From positions 73,408,001 through 73,472,000 of the forward strand of contig OZ024746.1 of NCBI GenBank assembly GCA_964016885.1: a stretch of 64,000 nt of DNA. Direction: 5' to 3'. The position numbers and the translations under genes are program-made. The DNA is from Eledone cirrhosa (lineage: Eukaryota). Every line of letters starts with the position of its first letter. Within the stretch, counting starts at the first letter, position 1. The notes beneath the pieces are model-generated. The model had not been told where the DNA came from and did not search any database. It saw only the letters and a program-made list of their open reading frames with translations. Below are positions 27,770-40,992 of the stretch, one piece after another.

Positions 27770-29150
27770 AAAAATGTCACCAGATTCCAAGTTTAAAATT
27801 ATGTTATAAAATGAAGAGAAGAGACAGGTGTTGTAGAAGTGTTAGAGCATTGGCTGTCAACGTTTTAAGCCAAACTTCAAACTATCTCACACACACGGAG
27901 TAAAATCATGGAAAATATGGAGAAACATTGCGTAAACGATACACTACAGCGTCCCTGGTCAATGTCCTAGGCAATTCATCCAGAAAAATGTGCTGAAAAT
28001 CAGTTTAAACAAGAAGCTTAAGAAGACTCTCAAACGTTTATTGCTTCTTGAGGAGGATCTGAAAAATAAAAATAAAATGTCTAATGTCCCTAGCATTCAG
28101 ATAACGGTGAAATCAATAAATGCTGACATCAAAGTTGCATCGGAATCTCCAGCGCAATTGAAGAGTATTGAATGTTAACTTTTTCGGAAACAATTAATCT
28201 CATAAATTTTGTCTCAAAGGAAGGGGAAAGGTACCAGTACATGATCTGCTCACATTTTTGTTAGGAGTAAATATCACTGGGGACTTGAAATTTAAGCCAT
28301 TGCTTGTCTATCATTCTCATACATCAAATACAAAAGGCATCTCCAAATGTGGTTTGTCTGCTATGCGGAAATCTAAAAGATGAGCTCGGGTTACTTAAGA
28401 TATATATACTGAATGATTCGTTAAATATTCTGCTTTGAGAATACGTTCGAGTTCAAGACACTTCTGCTTTTGAACAGGGTTCTTTGACTCCTTCAACTCT
28501 AGACATGTTAACGGAGTTTTCACTCCAAATGTGTTGACGTCGTTTTCACTCTCACCGAACACTTCACTACTATAACCTGTGGACCAGAGAGTTATTTTTG
28601 TTGCCAAGACATTATCTTAGAAGAACTTTAAAACAGTAGATTTCATAAACGTAAGCCTCAAAGAATTCTGGAAAACTTACATGATACATGCAATAAAATT
28701 GTGTCAAAAATGCGTGGAAAACGTTAAGCATGTATTTCTCACTGGTTTGCAAAACATTTACACCTAAAGGTAGTAAAGGAATACCACAAAATAGAGGATG
28801 AAATAGTCTTCGTCATGAATAACTTTGAAAAATTGGCACAGGAACTTGAAGCATGTAATATTCGAAATGCGTTACATACTAACAAGGAAACTCTCACCTA
28901 TAAAAAAAAAAAATAAATAAATAAAAACATTAAGGGGTTAATAGAGTTCAGATTGCAAAGAACAGTTTTAACAACAGAGATTTTATCTAGTGAAATAACT
29001 TGTGCTTTAGATCGACTCTTTAGGAAAACAATCCAAATTTTGAACAAAGCACGAAAGTTAAAAAATCTGTAGAAGTAGTGTCGAATTATTATTAGAGATT
29101 TATAAGAAGTGGGTAAAGGGGTCAAACCTTGAGGCCTTTTTATTAAAAAA
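27770..29150 (+). mobile_element. Decayed pogo/Tigger DDE transposase
   Basis: LGVNITGDLKFKPLLVYHS at ~28260-28320 and PNTSLL.PVDQ.VI at ~28555-28600. Confidence 0.75.
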
Positions 29151-30685
29151 TTGATATCTAACAAAACCAATTGCACTGTACTTATTTTTATTGTGATTTT
29201 TTTTTACTTGTTGCATAAACTAAAGAAATTATATTTTTTAATCAAATTATAATGTAATTTTTTCCAAAAGATTTTTCTATATAATACCGGTGCCCCAGCA
29301 TGGCCTCAACCTGTCGGCTGTAACACATAATAGAGTAATGATAGAGTAATAAATGATGCTTAGTTTTTTTTATTACAATTAATTTATTCAATAGATTTTT
29401 CTTGTTTATGCATAAAGCTTACTGTTTATTGTATAAGTTTCTGATAGTAGAATAAAAAGAAAAGGTAGAACATAATACTTTCGTTAATCTAGGTATTAGT
29501 GTATATATATTGTTAATGGTAATAGTAGTAGTTAGTAGTAGTGATAGTGGTGGTGGTGGTGAAGTAAGTGACAATGGTAGCGTTGATGATAGTAGGTATG
29601 AAGCCTGATAGCGTTGGTGGTGATGGTGATGTTGGAGCTGATGGTGATGATACTTAGTTTGCTACTTCTATGGAGCCTGAACCAGAAAATATCTAATCCA
29701 AGAAGTTTATATGGTTGGAGTGGTGCTTGACTTTTTCGTCGAAATAAATTTCGTTATCGGATTGGTCTAATTATATTTTACATTTTTTCTAAACATTATA
29801 TTTTTAAACATTATATTTTCCTTAAAATAAAATTCAATTGTTTATGTGTTAACTTTGTATGTATGTATAGACCCGTAACTCCCTGTGGAGTCGTAGGTGC
29901 ACTGTAGTGACATGCGGCGTGTTTCGGGCATTATAAAACCTAGCAGAACCCATCCCTATTAAAGTCTGATCACGGCTAATTTCTTCCAGAGGAGAGAAAG
30001 AGAGGGGGGGAGAAAGATATATAGAAGAAAAATTGCCTCCAGTACTGGACTGGTATTGTTTTTATCTACATTGAAAGGATGACTTCGGCGGTATTTGAAT
30101 TCAGAGTGCAGAAAGACAGAATGAATACCTCACAGCATTCTATCCGACGTTCTAACGTCTCTGCCAATTCAACACCTTTTTGTATTAACTTTATTTTCAT
30201 CTAAATAGTAAAATTAATTTATTTATCCAGTGACGAAAAATCCGGTAAAGTGTCGGAGTACATATACAGAAAATGTTACTATGCGGCTCCCATGCAAAAA
30301 AAAGGAAAGAAAATTCATGCTGTATAATGGTTATCATCTAATATTGTCAAGTGAAAATAAATATTTTTTAAACATTGTTTTTGTTGTTTAGCTTTAGATC
30401 AGCTCTGATCGAATAGATCAATAATCAAACGCATTCCTCTCTATCCTGTCTTTTTTGTACATCTTGAACTACATTTTCCATTAGTGTGGGATTTGACTAG
30501 ATTTAGCAGCTATTTCAAGCAGTTCAAGCGACCATGTAGAGGTTTCCTTGTAGGTTCAAATTTTCCTTTTTGTTGTTTTATTTTTTCGTTTTTAGTTTAA
30601 GTGTGAGTGTGGGGGAAATGACGTGGACTAGTTTATGTAAGATAAACGAAGAGTTTACATTTTGGTTTCAATTCACACTTAAGCC

Positions 30686-31490
30686 CTTCCGCGGCTCCTA
30701 TTTTATGTGACAAAAGTCCCCCCAACGCACTTGGGATGCCATCCAGTGCAGCCTAGCCTCAGACAGGCTCACGCGCCAGCTCGACCAGCACCGCCTTGTT
30801 TTCGCGCGGCCTCCAAACTCCACAGTGGTGCCTGGCTCCATGCCCTGCCCTCCTTCTCCACTGGCACGCAGCTAGACAACCATAGCCTGCGAATCGGCGT
30901 TTCCCTGAGGCTCGGCCTCCGGATCTGCCAGCCACACCAATGTCGCTGCGGTTCCACCGTGGACTCTTTCGGCCTCCACCCGCTTTGCTGTCGCTACAGT
31001 GCCGGCCGCATTCTACGCCATGCTTTCCTCAACAAGGTCATTAAGCATGGCTTGGACGCTGAAGGCTTCCCTTCCCAGCTCGATCCGGTGGGGCTGGATC
31101 GAGGGGACGGCATGACCATCTTCCCGTTCCGCGGTGGCAAACCCCTCGTCTGGGATGCCACTTGCACCGACACTTTCTGCAGCCGCAACCTGGTGCAGTC
31201 TGCGACTGACCCAGGTTCTGCTGCACGTCGGGGTGAGGGGGCCAAACTCCTCAAATACCGGTCGCTCTCCGACAGGTTTGCGGTCGTTCCCCTGGCAGTG
31301 GTACTTCTGGTGTCCTCGGCCCCAGGGCTACCTCCTTACTCACCACCATAGGCGCTGAGCTGGCCAGCCGCAGGTGTGAGCCCGCGAGTTGGAGTGGCTT
31401 TTCCGGCGCGTCTCCCTTGCCGTCCCCCGGGGAAACGCCTTCTCCATTCTGTCCACCGGGGCTGTGGGTGGGCCCCATCGCGTACCAATA
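30686..31490 (+). mobile_element. GC-rich CRE-clade-like non-LTR retrotransposon 3' fragment (Zn knuckle + restriction-like endonuclease)
   Basis: SGAWLHALP, LRLG, CRCG...GLH...C, RH..LN, LVWDAT..DT; the usual RPDG motif is absent. Confidence 0.8.
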
Positions 31491-32553
31491 CATTAGTTAA
31501 ATACCATTCTTTCATCTGATACAACACAATAAAGACTAAAGTGTTTAAAGCTATAGCTTATTCTTGTTTCAGTACCAAGAGAATAAACATCACAAAATCG
31601 AATGCTTTTTTTTTTTTACCCAGCCAGTCTGCAACCAGGTTCCTTCTACAGCTCATCTCACATAACGATTTTGTTGATTAGAAACTGGTCAACACATCAT
31701 CAAACTCCTTTATTTCCAGCTTTTTGTTCAGCTTTTCTGATTTTGTTGCTATCAGAGTGATAAAAATAGGTTCAGACAAGCTTTATATAGTTTATACATT
31801 AGGTAGGTACAGGCATGCATTGACCGGAAGTTTTCGCCATATGACTGGCTTAGTTTTGAGGTATCAACGTAGTATATTTATATCTCCATTGAGAGCCTGC
31901 TGGTAAAGATCAACAGGATACCTTTGATAGAAGGTCAATTTGTGTACGAGTATCCAACAATCAAGTCTCTTCTTTGTGTTTTACTGCGCTGGAGTCTTCA
32001 AATGTGCGTGTATGAGTGTGTGTATATATTTACCTCTATCGATTATAGATTATAATCTCGACGAACCATCGAGGAGAGAGCTTGTATGTAGTTCCACAAC
32101 CTGCAAGAAGTAGTAGCTAATCCTCCTCAAGTCAGTCCATAGGTAATGTAGTCTTAGATATCCGTAGTAAAAGATGATATTGTCACGGCTGCAATAACAT
32201 TTGGCCATAGATCTACTCTACTCAAAGTTTACTTTAGTGTAAACAACAATACTAACCATAAACTCGACAACTTTCATCAGTCAGATATTAGAAAAGCAAA
32301 ATAAAAATGAAAATCGTTCAAAAGATTTAAGGCCTGTTCAAATCATAAACATACTCCTAAAACAGTTAAGGTCTAAAGGAATTATTACACTTAGCGCCCA
32401 TTTTACTTCTAAAACTTATTTTTCTAACATGATAGACCTCTTTAACATATTTCCCCATTCTTTATAGAAGCAAATGGAATTTTCATATTATGTTGCAGAA
32501 TTCTCGTTTCGCAACAATCTTATTGATCTTATATCATTTAATCTAGTATTTAG

Positions 32554-33745
32554 GTGCAGATAAGTTGAAATTTATAAGACTCCGTACAAGTTAATCTTAC
32601 AGTAATGTTACTTAAGATTATGTGTCGGCGGATTAGTTTTGGTGAATGCTGGCATTTTTTCAACGCGCTTATTATAAGGAAAAGTGCATGCAGAAAATTT
32701 CGTGTACAACAGTAAAACAAAGCTTGTGTTAAACGAAATGTATGTCAATATAGATAGTAGTGAACTTTATTGTATTGATTTATCAAAGAATCTTCAGTGC
32801 AAACCGTTTGAGCGAAGACAATCTATATTTAGTTGGTTGATATGGTTGACATCTCTCACTTTCAATGTTTTTATTCTCATTTTAGCATTTAAAAAACAAA
32901 GAAACCGTTTTAACAAAGTTGTTTACTTAAGCGGCGAATTTGCAGGGTAGTTGGAGCGCAGAACAAAATGCATTGAAATATTTATACACATATATGAACC
33001 ATTCCAGATATAACAAGTTTCTACGCATTGATTACATTTAATTTTCTTCTTTATAATTTCTATTCCTCCTGACTCATCATTTCTTAGAACTGATCTGTCC
33101 TCCCGGGCACCAAATAAGTTCAAAGATAGTTTCCCTGCAGAAACGAGTTTCTAATTAAATTCTATAAATTACGTGAAGAAATTAAATTATATAAATTTTC
33201 TTTTATTAAAGTCAAATTGGCAGTATCGGTAGAGGGTCGGACGCCATGCTTTGACGTATAGAGTTACGGCCCTTGCCATTCTGAGTTCAAATCCCGCCGA
33301 GGTTAACTTTGCCTTTCATCCTTACGGGGTCGATAAAATAAAGTACCAGTAATTTACTGGGTAATTGCTGGCCTTGTGCCAAAAGTAGAAACAATTATAT
33401 TAACTGAATAAACCACCCTACAACTTTGTTTGATGATTACTACCCTTAATTGACCTTCAATGAGAGAAAGTATAAAAGATTTCTCCACTCAAAGAAACAA
33501 TTTGGATGAACCAAACAAATTTAAAGATGAAAAAAAAAATGGCTTCCATTGCGAACGAAGATTCTGAAAAATGGTAAAGTACCAAGAAGAATATGAATAA
33601 ACAATGTGTATATTTTTGCTAATTCAAAAACATCGCACTAACGGAATTGTGGTTTGAGACTAAGCAAAACAACAGAACCCGAGTGGAAAAGGAAAAAGTA
33701 TGTCTGTGAAAGAAGGGGAAGAAGATTATTAGTATAACCGCCAAG
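32554..33745 (+). pseudogene. Possible decayed PAN/apple + C-type lectin exons
   Basis: Phase-1 acceptors at 32554 and 33088; remnants SFGECW, FVYNSKTK, LICPPG, TIWM, KQCVY, RNCG, KYVCE in mixed frames; SINE insertion inside. Confidence 0.35.
33216..33397 (+). mobile_element. Deu/Nin-domain tRNA-SINE
   Basis: Close to family consensus. Confidence 0.88.
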
Positions 33746-33900
33746 GTAATTTATTGCTCTAAAAGTCATAATTATCCTGGTAAATAATTTTACCAGTAAA
33801 ATACTTAAACTGAAAAATAATTAAGGGTTTCCTAAATTATGCAAAAAATTCATGTTAATATTACAGATTAAATTTTAAGTTAACATTATATGTCAAATTA

Positions 33901-34075
33901 AGGCGGTGTATTAGCAGCATCGGTAGATGCCTTGCAGCATAGAGTTTCGCCCATTTACGGTCTGAGTTCAAATCCCGCCGAGGCTAACTTTGCCTTTCAT
34001 CCTTACGGGGTTGATAAAATAAAGTACCAGTAATGCACTGGGATAATTGCTGGCCTTGTGTCAAAAGAGGAAACA
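33901..34075 (+). mobile_element. Deu/Nin-domain tRNA-SINE with 16-bp TSD
   Basis: attatatgtcaaatta at 33885-33900 and 34076-34091. Confidence 0.9.
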
Positions 34076-34406
34076 ATTATATGTCAAATTACTTTTTTTA
34101 ATACATAAAATATGATATTGATAGAAAACAAATTTTCTACAACTGTTCAAAACAGATTTAAAAGATAGAATAAAACTTCAATATTCCAAGCAGATTTATT
34201 TTTATGTTTTCGAACCCGTGCGTCAAATTTTTGCTACAAAACTAATTCATTAAAAAATTCATTTAAAAAATGATTTTCTTTTAACATCAAGTCTTGATAT
34301 TATACCAATTGTAACCTTTCTTGTTTCGCTCTTTGGGGATTTTGTTTTTTTTTCCAATATCTAGGGCCAATTAGTAAATCAGACGGGACACTGGGATAAG
34401 TCTCTC

Positions 34407-34558
<152 letters not shown>

Positions 34559-34589
34559 ACACGGGTGTGTATGATTGTGTATAGAAGAT

Positions 34590-34964
34590 TATATTAATAA
34601 AAGGAATTCCAACTTTGTCTGATTTACTCGTTTTATTTACAATCCTTTAAAATTTATAATGTTATTAGAATGAAATAGTATGGTAGAATATTAAATGTTA
34701 AGTGTTAATTGAGCAAGTACTTTCATGCTTTCGCAATCTTCAGGTTCATATTGTGTGGTGAGTCAAGTTTGCAATTTTCAACTGTGAAATTTGCAATTTT
34801 CAACTGTGAAATTTGCAATTTTCAACTACGAAAGCATGAAAGTACTTGTTCAATTAACACTTAACATTTAATATTCTACCATACTATTTCATTCTAATAA
34901 CATTATAAATTTTAAAGGATTGTAAATAAAACGAGTAAATCAGACAAAGTTGGAATTCCTTTTA

Positions 34965-34972
<8 letters not shown>
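34590..34972. repeat. Fold-back repeat (144-bp arms) with 22-bp tandem in spacer, abutting (TA)n
   Basis: 34590-34733 vs 34829-34972; ttgcaattttcaactgtgaaat about x3; minus strand CUGAAGA-UUGC-GAAA at ~34729-34743. Confidence 0.9.
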
Positions 34973-35003
<31 letters not shown>

Positions 35004-35091
35004 AATGTAATGTTCAGTTACTGTAGGTTCACTAGAGTGAGCACTCGATGCATAGTTTCCAGTCGGTATAGAGATGTAGAACTATAATAAT

Positions 35092-35797
35092 AACTGTTTC
35101 TACTTTTGGCACAAGGCCAGCAATTATCCCAGTGTATTACTGGTACTTTATTTTATCGACCCTGTAAGGATGAAAGGCAAAGTTAACCTCGGCGGGATTT
35201 GAACTCAATCCGTAAAGGGACGTAACTGTGCTGCAAAGCATGACAGCCGACCCTCTACCGATACTGCCAATTCACCAATAATAAGGACGATTAGTTATGT
35301 CTTCATTACGTTTGAGTAGTGACGCGCGTTTCGCTATTGAAGTCCGAGGAGCTTTTGATTCCAGAGTCGGACTAGATCGATACAGATCAAATCTTGAGCT
35401 GATCAATAGCGAAACGCGCGTCACTACTCAATAAACGTAATGAAGACATAACAAATCTTCTTTTTTAACGTTAACTTTCCTTTTCATCCTTAAGGGGTCG
35501 ATAAAATAACGTACCAGTAATGCACTGGGTAATTGCTGGCCTTGTGCCAAAAGTAGAAACATTATGATTATTATTATTATTATTATGCTTTGAAGCATAA
35601 TAAATTTAGGGCGGTGGATTGGCAGTATCGGTATTGGCAGTATCTATGCTTTGACGCATAGAGTTACGGCCCTTTCCATTTGAGTTCAAATCCCGCCGAG
35701 GTCAACTTTGCCTTTCATCCTTACGGGGTCGATAAAATAAAGTACCAGTAATACACTGGGAAATTGCTAGCCTTGTGCCAAAAAGTAGAAACAGTTA
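35092..35797. mobile_element. Three Deu/Nin SINEs (one -, two +) around a short palindrome
   Basis: ~35092-35277 (-), ~35470-35562 (+, partial), ~35608-35797 (+). Confidence 0.85.
35294..35452. repeat. Fold-back repeat carrying a hammerhead 3' half GAAAC-GCGC-GUC
   Basis: 35294-35340 vs 35403-35452. Confidence 0.8.
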
Positions 35798-35872
35798 TTA
35801 TTATTATTATCATCATATATTATATGTATATATATATGTTGTTATACTTTGGGAGGGTCATGTTACCAATAA

Positions 35873-36289
35873 GAAACACACGCACCATTGCTTTCACTCC
35901 AATTTATTATAAATTAAATTTATAAATTTAAGAATTTATAAAATTGCGGTTGGTTGGCTGGTTGGTTCCACAACCGGACAGTTGTTCATATATTGTCAAA
36001 GTTCTTTCGTCACACCACATTCTGTGACCTCTTCAGTGACTGGGATTCTTCTCTTTGTTTTGTGCCTCTCCTTTGTTCTGTCCTACGCCAGCTTACACAC
36101 AAAAACAAGATGGCGTAGGACAGAACAACGGAGAGGCACAAACTTTGACAATATATGAACAGTCCGGTTGTGGAACCAACCAGCCAACCAACCGGAAATT
36201 TATAAATACTTAAATTTATAAATTTAATTTATAATAATAAATTTAATTTATAATAAATTGAAGTGAAAGCAACTGGTGCGTGTGTTTCA
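35873..36289. repeat. Nested fold-back repeat
   Basis: Outer arms ~35873-36002 / 36141-36289; inner arms ~36059-36090 / 36111-36143. Confidence 0.88.
35995..36040 (-). ncRNA. Minimal type I hammerhead ribozyme motif
   Basis: GUCA-CUGAAGAG-GUCAC-agaauguggu-GUGAC-GAAAG-aa-CUU-UGAC. Confidence 0.68.
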
Positions 36290-36335
36290 ACACACGTTTT
36301 CAGATAAAGAATCTTGTTAAACAAATTCAGAAACG

Positions 36336-36405
<70 letters not shown>

Positions 36406-37511
36406 TTTAACGTCCGTTTTCCCTGCTAGCAGAGAATGGACATATCGTCACAGACCAGCTCAGCATTCAAGGGGAGTTACTGACCTTTCAGGCGAATCGG
36501 AGACCTGCATTTTGCTTACATACATTCCCACGTTCTACTGGGGGCATTTTATTGTAACACCAGCACTAGTGGAGTAGTCATGTCTTCGAAATAGCTAAAG
36601 AGACCTCTCGACCCTTCGTTTGGAAGGTATTCTGCGGCTAAATGCCTTTCCTATTATCAACTACTTTATACCCCGCCTCCCGGCTTTAAAAGGGACACAT
36701 TGTATAATATAATACAGTCTTACGTACACAAAAAAAAATGAGGAAAAAGAACTCGATAGTGATGGTTTGATCATAAGTCTGTTCGAGCAGAGTTGACCTG
36801 GAGCTAAATAACTAAAGCGACATGCAGCTGATACTTCTCTTCCCCATTCCTCTCCTTCAGTGCTCATAGCTTTTCCATTCACTTATTCAACAACTGCTAC
36901 TAATCCTGCTATCCACAGAGAGACAACACGACAATCTAATCTCATTTAACATCACGCAAACACAAATATTATAAGTGAGAAGTAAACAAGTACACGCTTC
37001 AATGCATGAATGAACCATAAACAGATAAAAACTATTACATTCTCTCCAAAAGCTGAGACAAAATCTGCAATATCATCACTTTACATAACCAAGAGAATGT
37101 GGCCTGTATTTTATTTTCAAGTGTCTCTTCGTATTAGCTGCATTTATGTATCATTGTATATATTGTCGCTCTAAATCTGATTCCATTCACTGTTAGTTTA
37201 GGAGCCAAACCAAGAAACTGTAATGCCCGTCTGAGTATTTAAGATAGATTGTGTCAAGACTGCTTCTCTTCTAACTGATCATTTAGAGAGTGCCAACCTA
37301 CTCTATATATTCCTCATATATTTGTAATGATACACTAAATACATGTGCATGCACACATACACACACAAATTCATGCACTCATTCACATTTACACACATAA
37401 ACATACAAGCATATACTTGCAATATACACATGAATACTTGCATACATTCACACACACACGAAACATACATTTTTGTTGTTGTTTTATATATATAAATGTG
37501 TGGGTGTGTGT

Positions 37512-37585
<74 letters not shown>

Positions 37586-38101
37586 GTGTGTGTGCGTGCG
37601 TGTGTGTGTGTGTGTGTGTGCGTGCGTGTGTGTGCGTGCGTGCGTGTGTGCGCGTGTGTGCGTGTGTGTGTGTGTGTGTGTGCAAGCGAAAGGAAAGTGA
37701 GCCCACGAATTTAAATGGATTATTTAAGTAGCCTGGCTGAAAGTAAGGGATACCGAGTGATACTCTCAAAATCATGTGTACACTGGTGGCACCGGTTGTA
37801 AATAGGTGGAACAAACATACGGGATTAGGGGTTAGTTGATAAGATGGCCTCCCAAAGGCTTACTCGCGTGGACAAACCCCTGACTTGGTCGGCGAGAGAT
37901 TTCTACGTATTTGGATAACTTTTCTTCTTGTGCTCTATGATAAATAATTGTTTCTACTTTAGGCACAAGGCCAGCAATTACCCAGTGCATTACTGGTACT
38001 TTGATAAATAATATCACTACTTATAGAACAGTACAATGATGTAATGTTTAAAAAGAAGTGGGGGAATGCATTTTAAAAGTGTAACAGAGATGACGGAGGT
38101 A

Positions 38102-38153
<52 letters not shown>

Positions 38154-38339
38154 AGTCCTTTTACATCACGCATTACAGGCGTCGCGCAACAGGACTGAAC
38201 AGAGTCTGATTTTCCGCCTTGGGTCCTGTTTCCCTCGTGGAGTCAAAGCTCCTCCCAATTTCTTTAATATTGCAGGATAGACACAGCTGAACTCTTTGCT
38301 GTTTTTCCTATTCCATATTAATTTGATCATATTAATTTA

Positions 38340-38545
38340 TTGGCAGAATCGGTAGAGCGTCGGACAAAATGCTTTGCAGTATATAATTATGGCCATTTAC
38401 GTTCTGAGGTCAAATCCCACAGAAGTTAGCTTTGCTTTTCATCCTTACGGGGTCGATAAAATAAAGTACCCATAACGCACTGGTGTCGATTTAGTCGATT
38501 TTCCCCTTTCCTTCAAATTGCTGGCCTTGTGCCAAATGTAGAAAA
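38340..38545 (+). mobile_element. Deu/Nin-domain tRNA-SINE (long-tail subtype)
   Basis: Same subtype as 24539-24760. Confidence 0.82.
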
Positions 38546-39619
38546 GGCGAACGTTGAACTTTGCATACTGTAAATAATGAGGTGAGGCATACAACCACAA
38601 CATAATGTTTCACTTTTGTAGATTGGGAAGGGAAACTCGCTTACCTTGCTAGTCTTGCACTAAGCGTCGCTCTTGTCTAGTGACGTAATTCGCAAAACCC
38701 TATATACTGAGACTCGGGTTAGAAAGTCTCGGATTTCCTGAAAATTCAAGATACGTCCACATGCTACGGTAACAATACAAAAATGAAACTCCGGACTAGT
38801 CCTCTTCCAATCATGTGACCTCACCCATCCTTGTCCCCTCCCATGCTCATAACCCCTACTCCCGGCATGTCCCTTTGATTTCAAGATCACATCACAATAA
38901 TAATTGCTTGTAATTATTTGTTTCCTTCCCCCTCAACTATTTGCCTGACTTGTAAATTCATGTCAATCAGGCACAACTTCAAAGGACACAATTCATTGCC
39001 AGCATTAAAGACAGTCATCCATGTATTTTTTATTTTTTTATCACCAAGTATTTGGTAAATGTCCATTAAACACCAGACAGCATTGTGAGAGCAAGAACAT
39101 TTCTTTCAAAGCAGCTTTTTGTCTATCTTTGGGACTGAGAACGAGTTGCCCTTTTCTGCCATATCCAGACAGAGAGAGAAAGAAAGTGCCTCGCAGTCAT
39201 TCCCTTCTAGGACCAGTGACAAGGTGGAGTTACGGAATATTCCAGAAGATACAACCGGTATTACGACCGGAAGTGATGTTAGAACAGTGCTTGTGTTTCT
39301 TCTGTTTTCTGACTTCCCAGGTCATAATGCTCTCAATTTGTTATTGCTGGACATTCTGGGAATGGGTTGAACCGGTTACACAGATTTGATTTAGAAGTCG
39401 ATAGAGTTGATTATGCATTAATCGATATCGCTATTCATGGAAAAGTAAATACATACTTCAATCTTTTGACAACGTATTGTTTATAGAATATAAAGAATTT
39501 AGACAGGCAAAACAGAAAACATTTCATAGTACACAGTAATTTCATGGCATTCCTGGAATAACGATTTCAAGATACAACAAACCAGCCACTAATTTCATGT
39601 ATTTCAAATAACAAATGGT

Positions 39620-40190
39620 AGGGCTTCAGATAAAATACCATTGCTGTATTTGTTTTGGCCCGTTATGTTCTGAGTTCAAATCCCACCGAGATCAAGTTTG
39701 CTTGTCATCCTTCCAATGTCAATAAAATAAAGTACCAGTTACGTACTCAGTTGATATAATCATCCTTCCTTCCGCACAAATTGTTGGTCATGTGCTTAAA
39801 ATAGCAGTATCGGTAGAGAGTCGACACCATGCTTTGAAGCATAGAGTTACGTCCCTTTATGATCTGAGTTCAAATCCCGCCGAGGTTAACTTTGCCTTTC
39901 ATCCTTACGGGGTCGATAAAATAAAGTACCAGTAATGTACTGGGTAATTGCTGGCCTTGTGCCTAAAATAGAAACAATTATTTTGCAGCTAATCAGAGCG
40001 AAAGGTCGGCAGTTTCGGTAGAGGGTCTGACAACATGCTTTGCGGTTATGGCCCTTTACGTTCTGAGTTGAAATCCCGCCGAGGTTAGCTTAACCTTTTA
40101 TCCATACGAGGTCTGTAAAACAAAGTACCAGTAATGCGCTGGGTTCGATTTAATCGACTTTCTCCCCTTCCTTTCAAATTGCTGGCCTTT
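39620..40190 (+). mobile_element. Three tandem Deu/Nin SINEs of differing age
   Basis: ~39620-39800 (old), 39802-39980 (young), 40005-40190. Confidence 0.82.
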
Positions 40191-40778
40191 GCAAATTGCA
40201 GCAAATTGAAAATTGCCTTCACCAGTTGACTTTAAGGCTCAGATCATACCCGATCTTCATAGCTCATATTGTCCAAAAATTTCACTCAACTGATGTTATA
40301 GTTATTCCTTTTGCTTTAGAATTTAAAAACTCTTGGGAATTTTTCTCTGTCTATTGTAAAGATAATCTCAATTGATCAATGACTTTCAACTCACTATATT
40401 ACATATGAGAAATCCTACATTATTTACATAATTCATTATACAGAACACTATATAAAGGGCCGCCGGGCGTCTGAGTATTTAAGTACCCATTGTTAGCCCT
40501 ACAATGTGCGTCCCATATTTTCAACTTACAATCTGAAAATCTTCTTCTGTCTCTGACCAGACTAAGAAAATTACTAAACCTGCATTTTTTACATACAGTC
40601 CACACTCATCCACGCCAAATCATGTTTACAGGTCATAACACCATTCGACCCTCTACACCGCTTTCAGTATTTTTCAACGTGGTTAGGCGCCAAATATGTT
40701 TAGTGATTTATTTAGTGATTGAAGGAAATTATTATATATATATAATCTAGCTATATAAATTTGTATAAAACTAATCTT

Positions 40779-40992
40779 TTAACCCAACCATATCCGGCCA
40801 GAATTCTCTCAACTCTTTCTGTTCAAACCGGCTGTAACCAGATGCTCATACTAATGTTAAGGTATTGTTCTAAAAAAAAATAACATCAAAATCTCATAGA
40901 TTCGATATTATGTGGGATAATTTTGTGAGATAAAGTGTTTACCTTGAAAATACAATAGTAAATATAAAGTAATGTAAATGCTAAAGGGTTAA
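40779..40992 (-). mobile_element. piggyBac-type MITE (reverse orientation, one end degraded)
   Basis: Ends taaatgctaaaggg|ttaa; same family as 47240, 50183, 55600. Confidence 0.75.

Noticed and set aside
32606-32710. MLLKIMCRR... as GUF1 presequence exon
   Set aside because: Weak donor; 43142-43212 has a canonical GTAAGT donor in the right phase.
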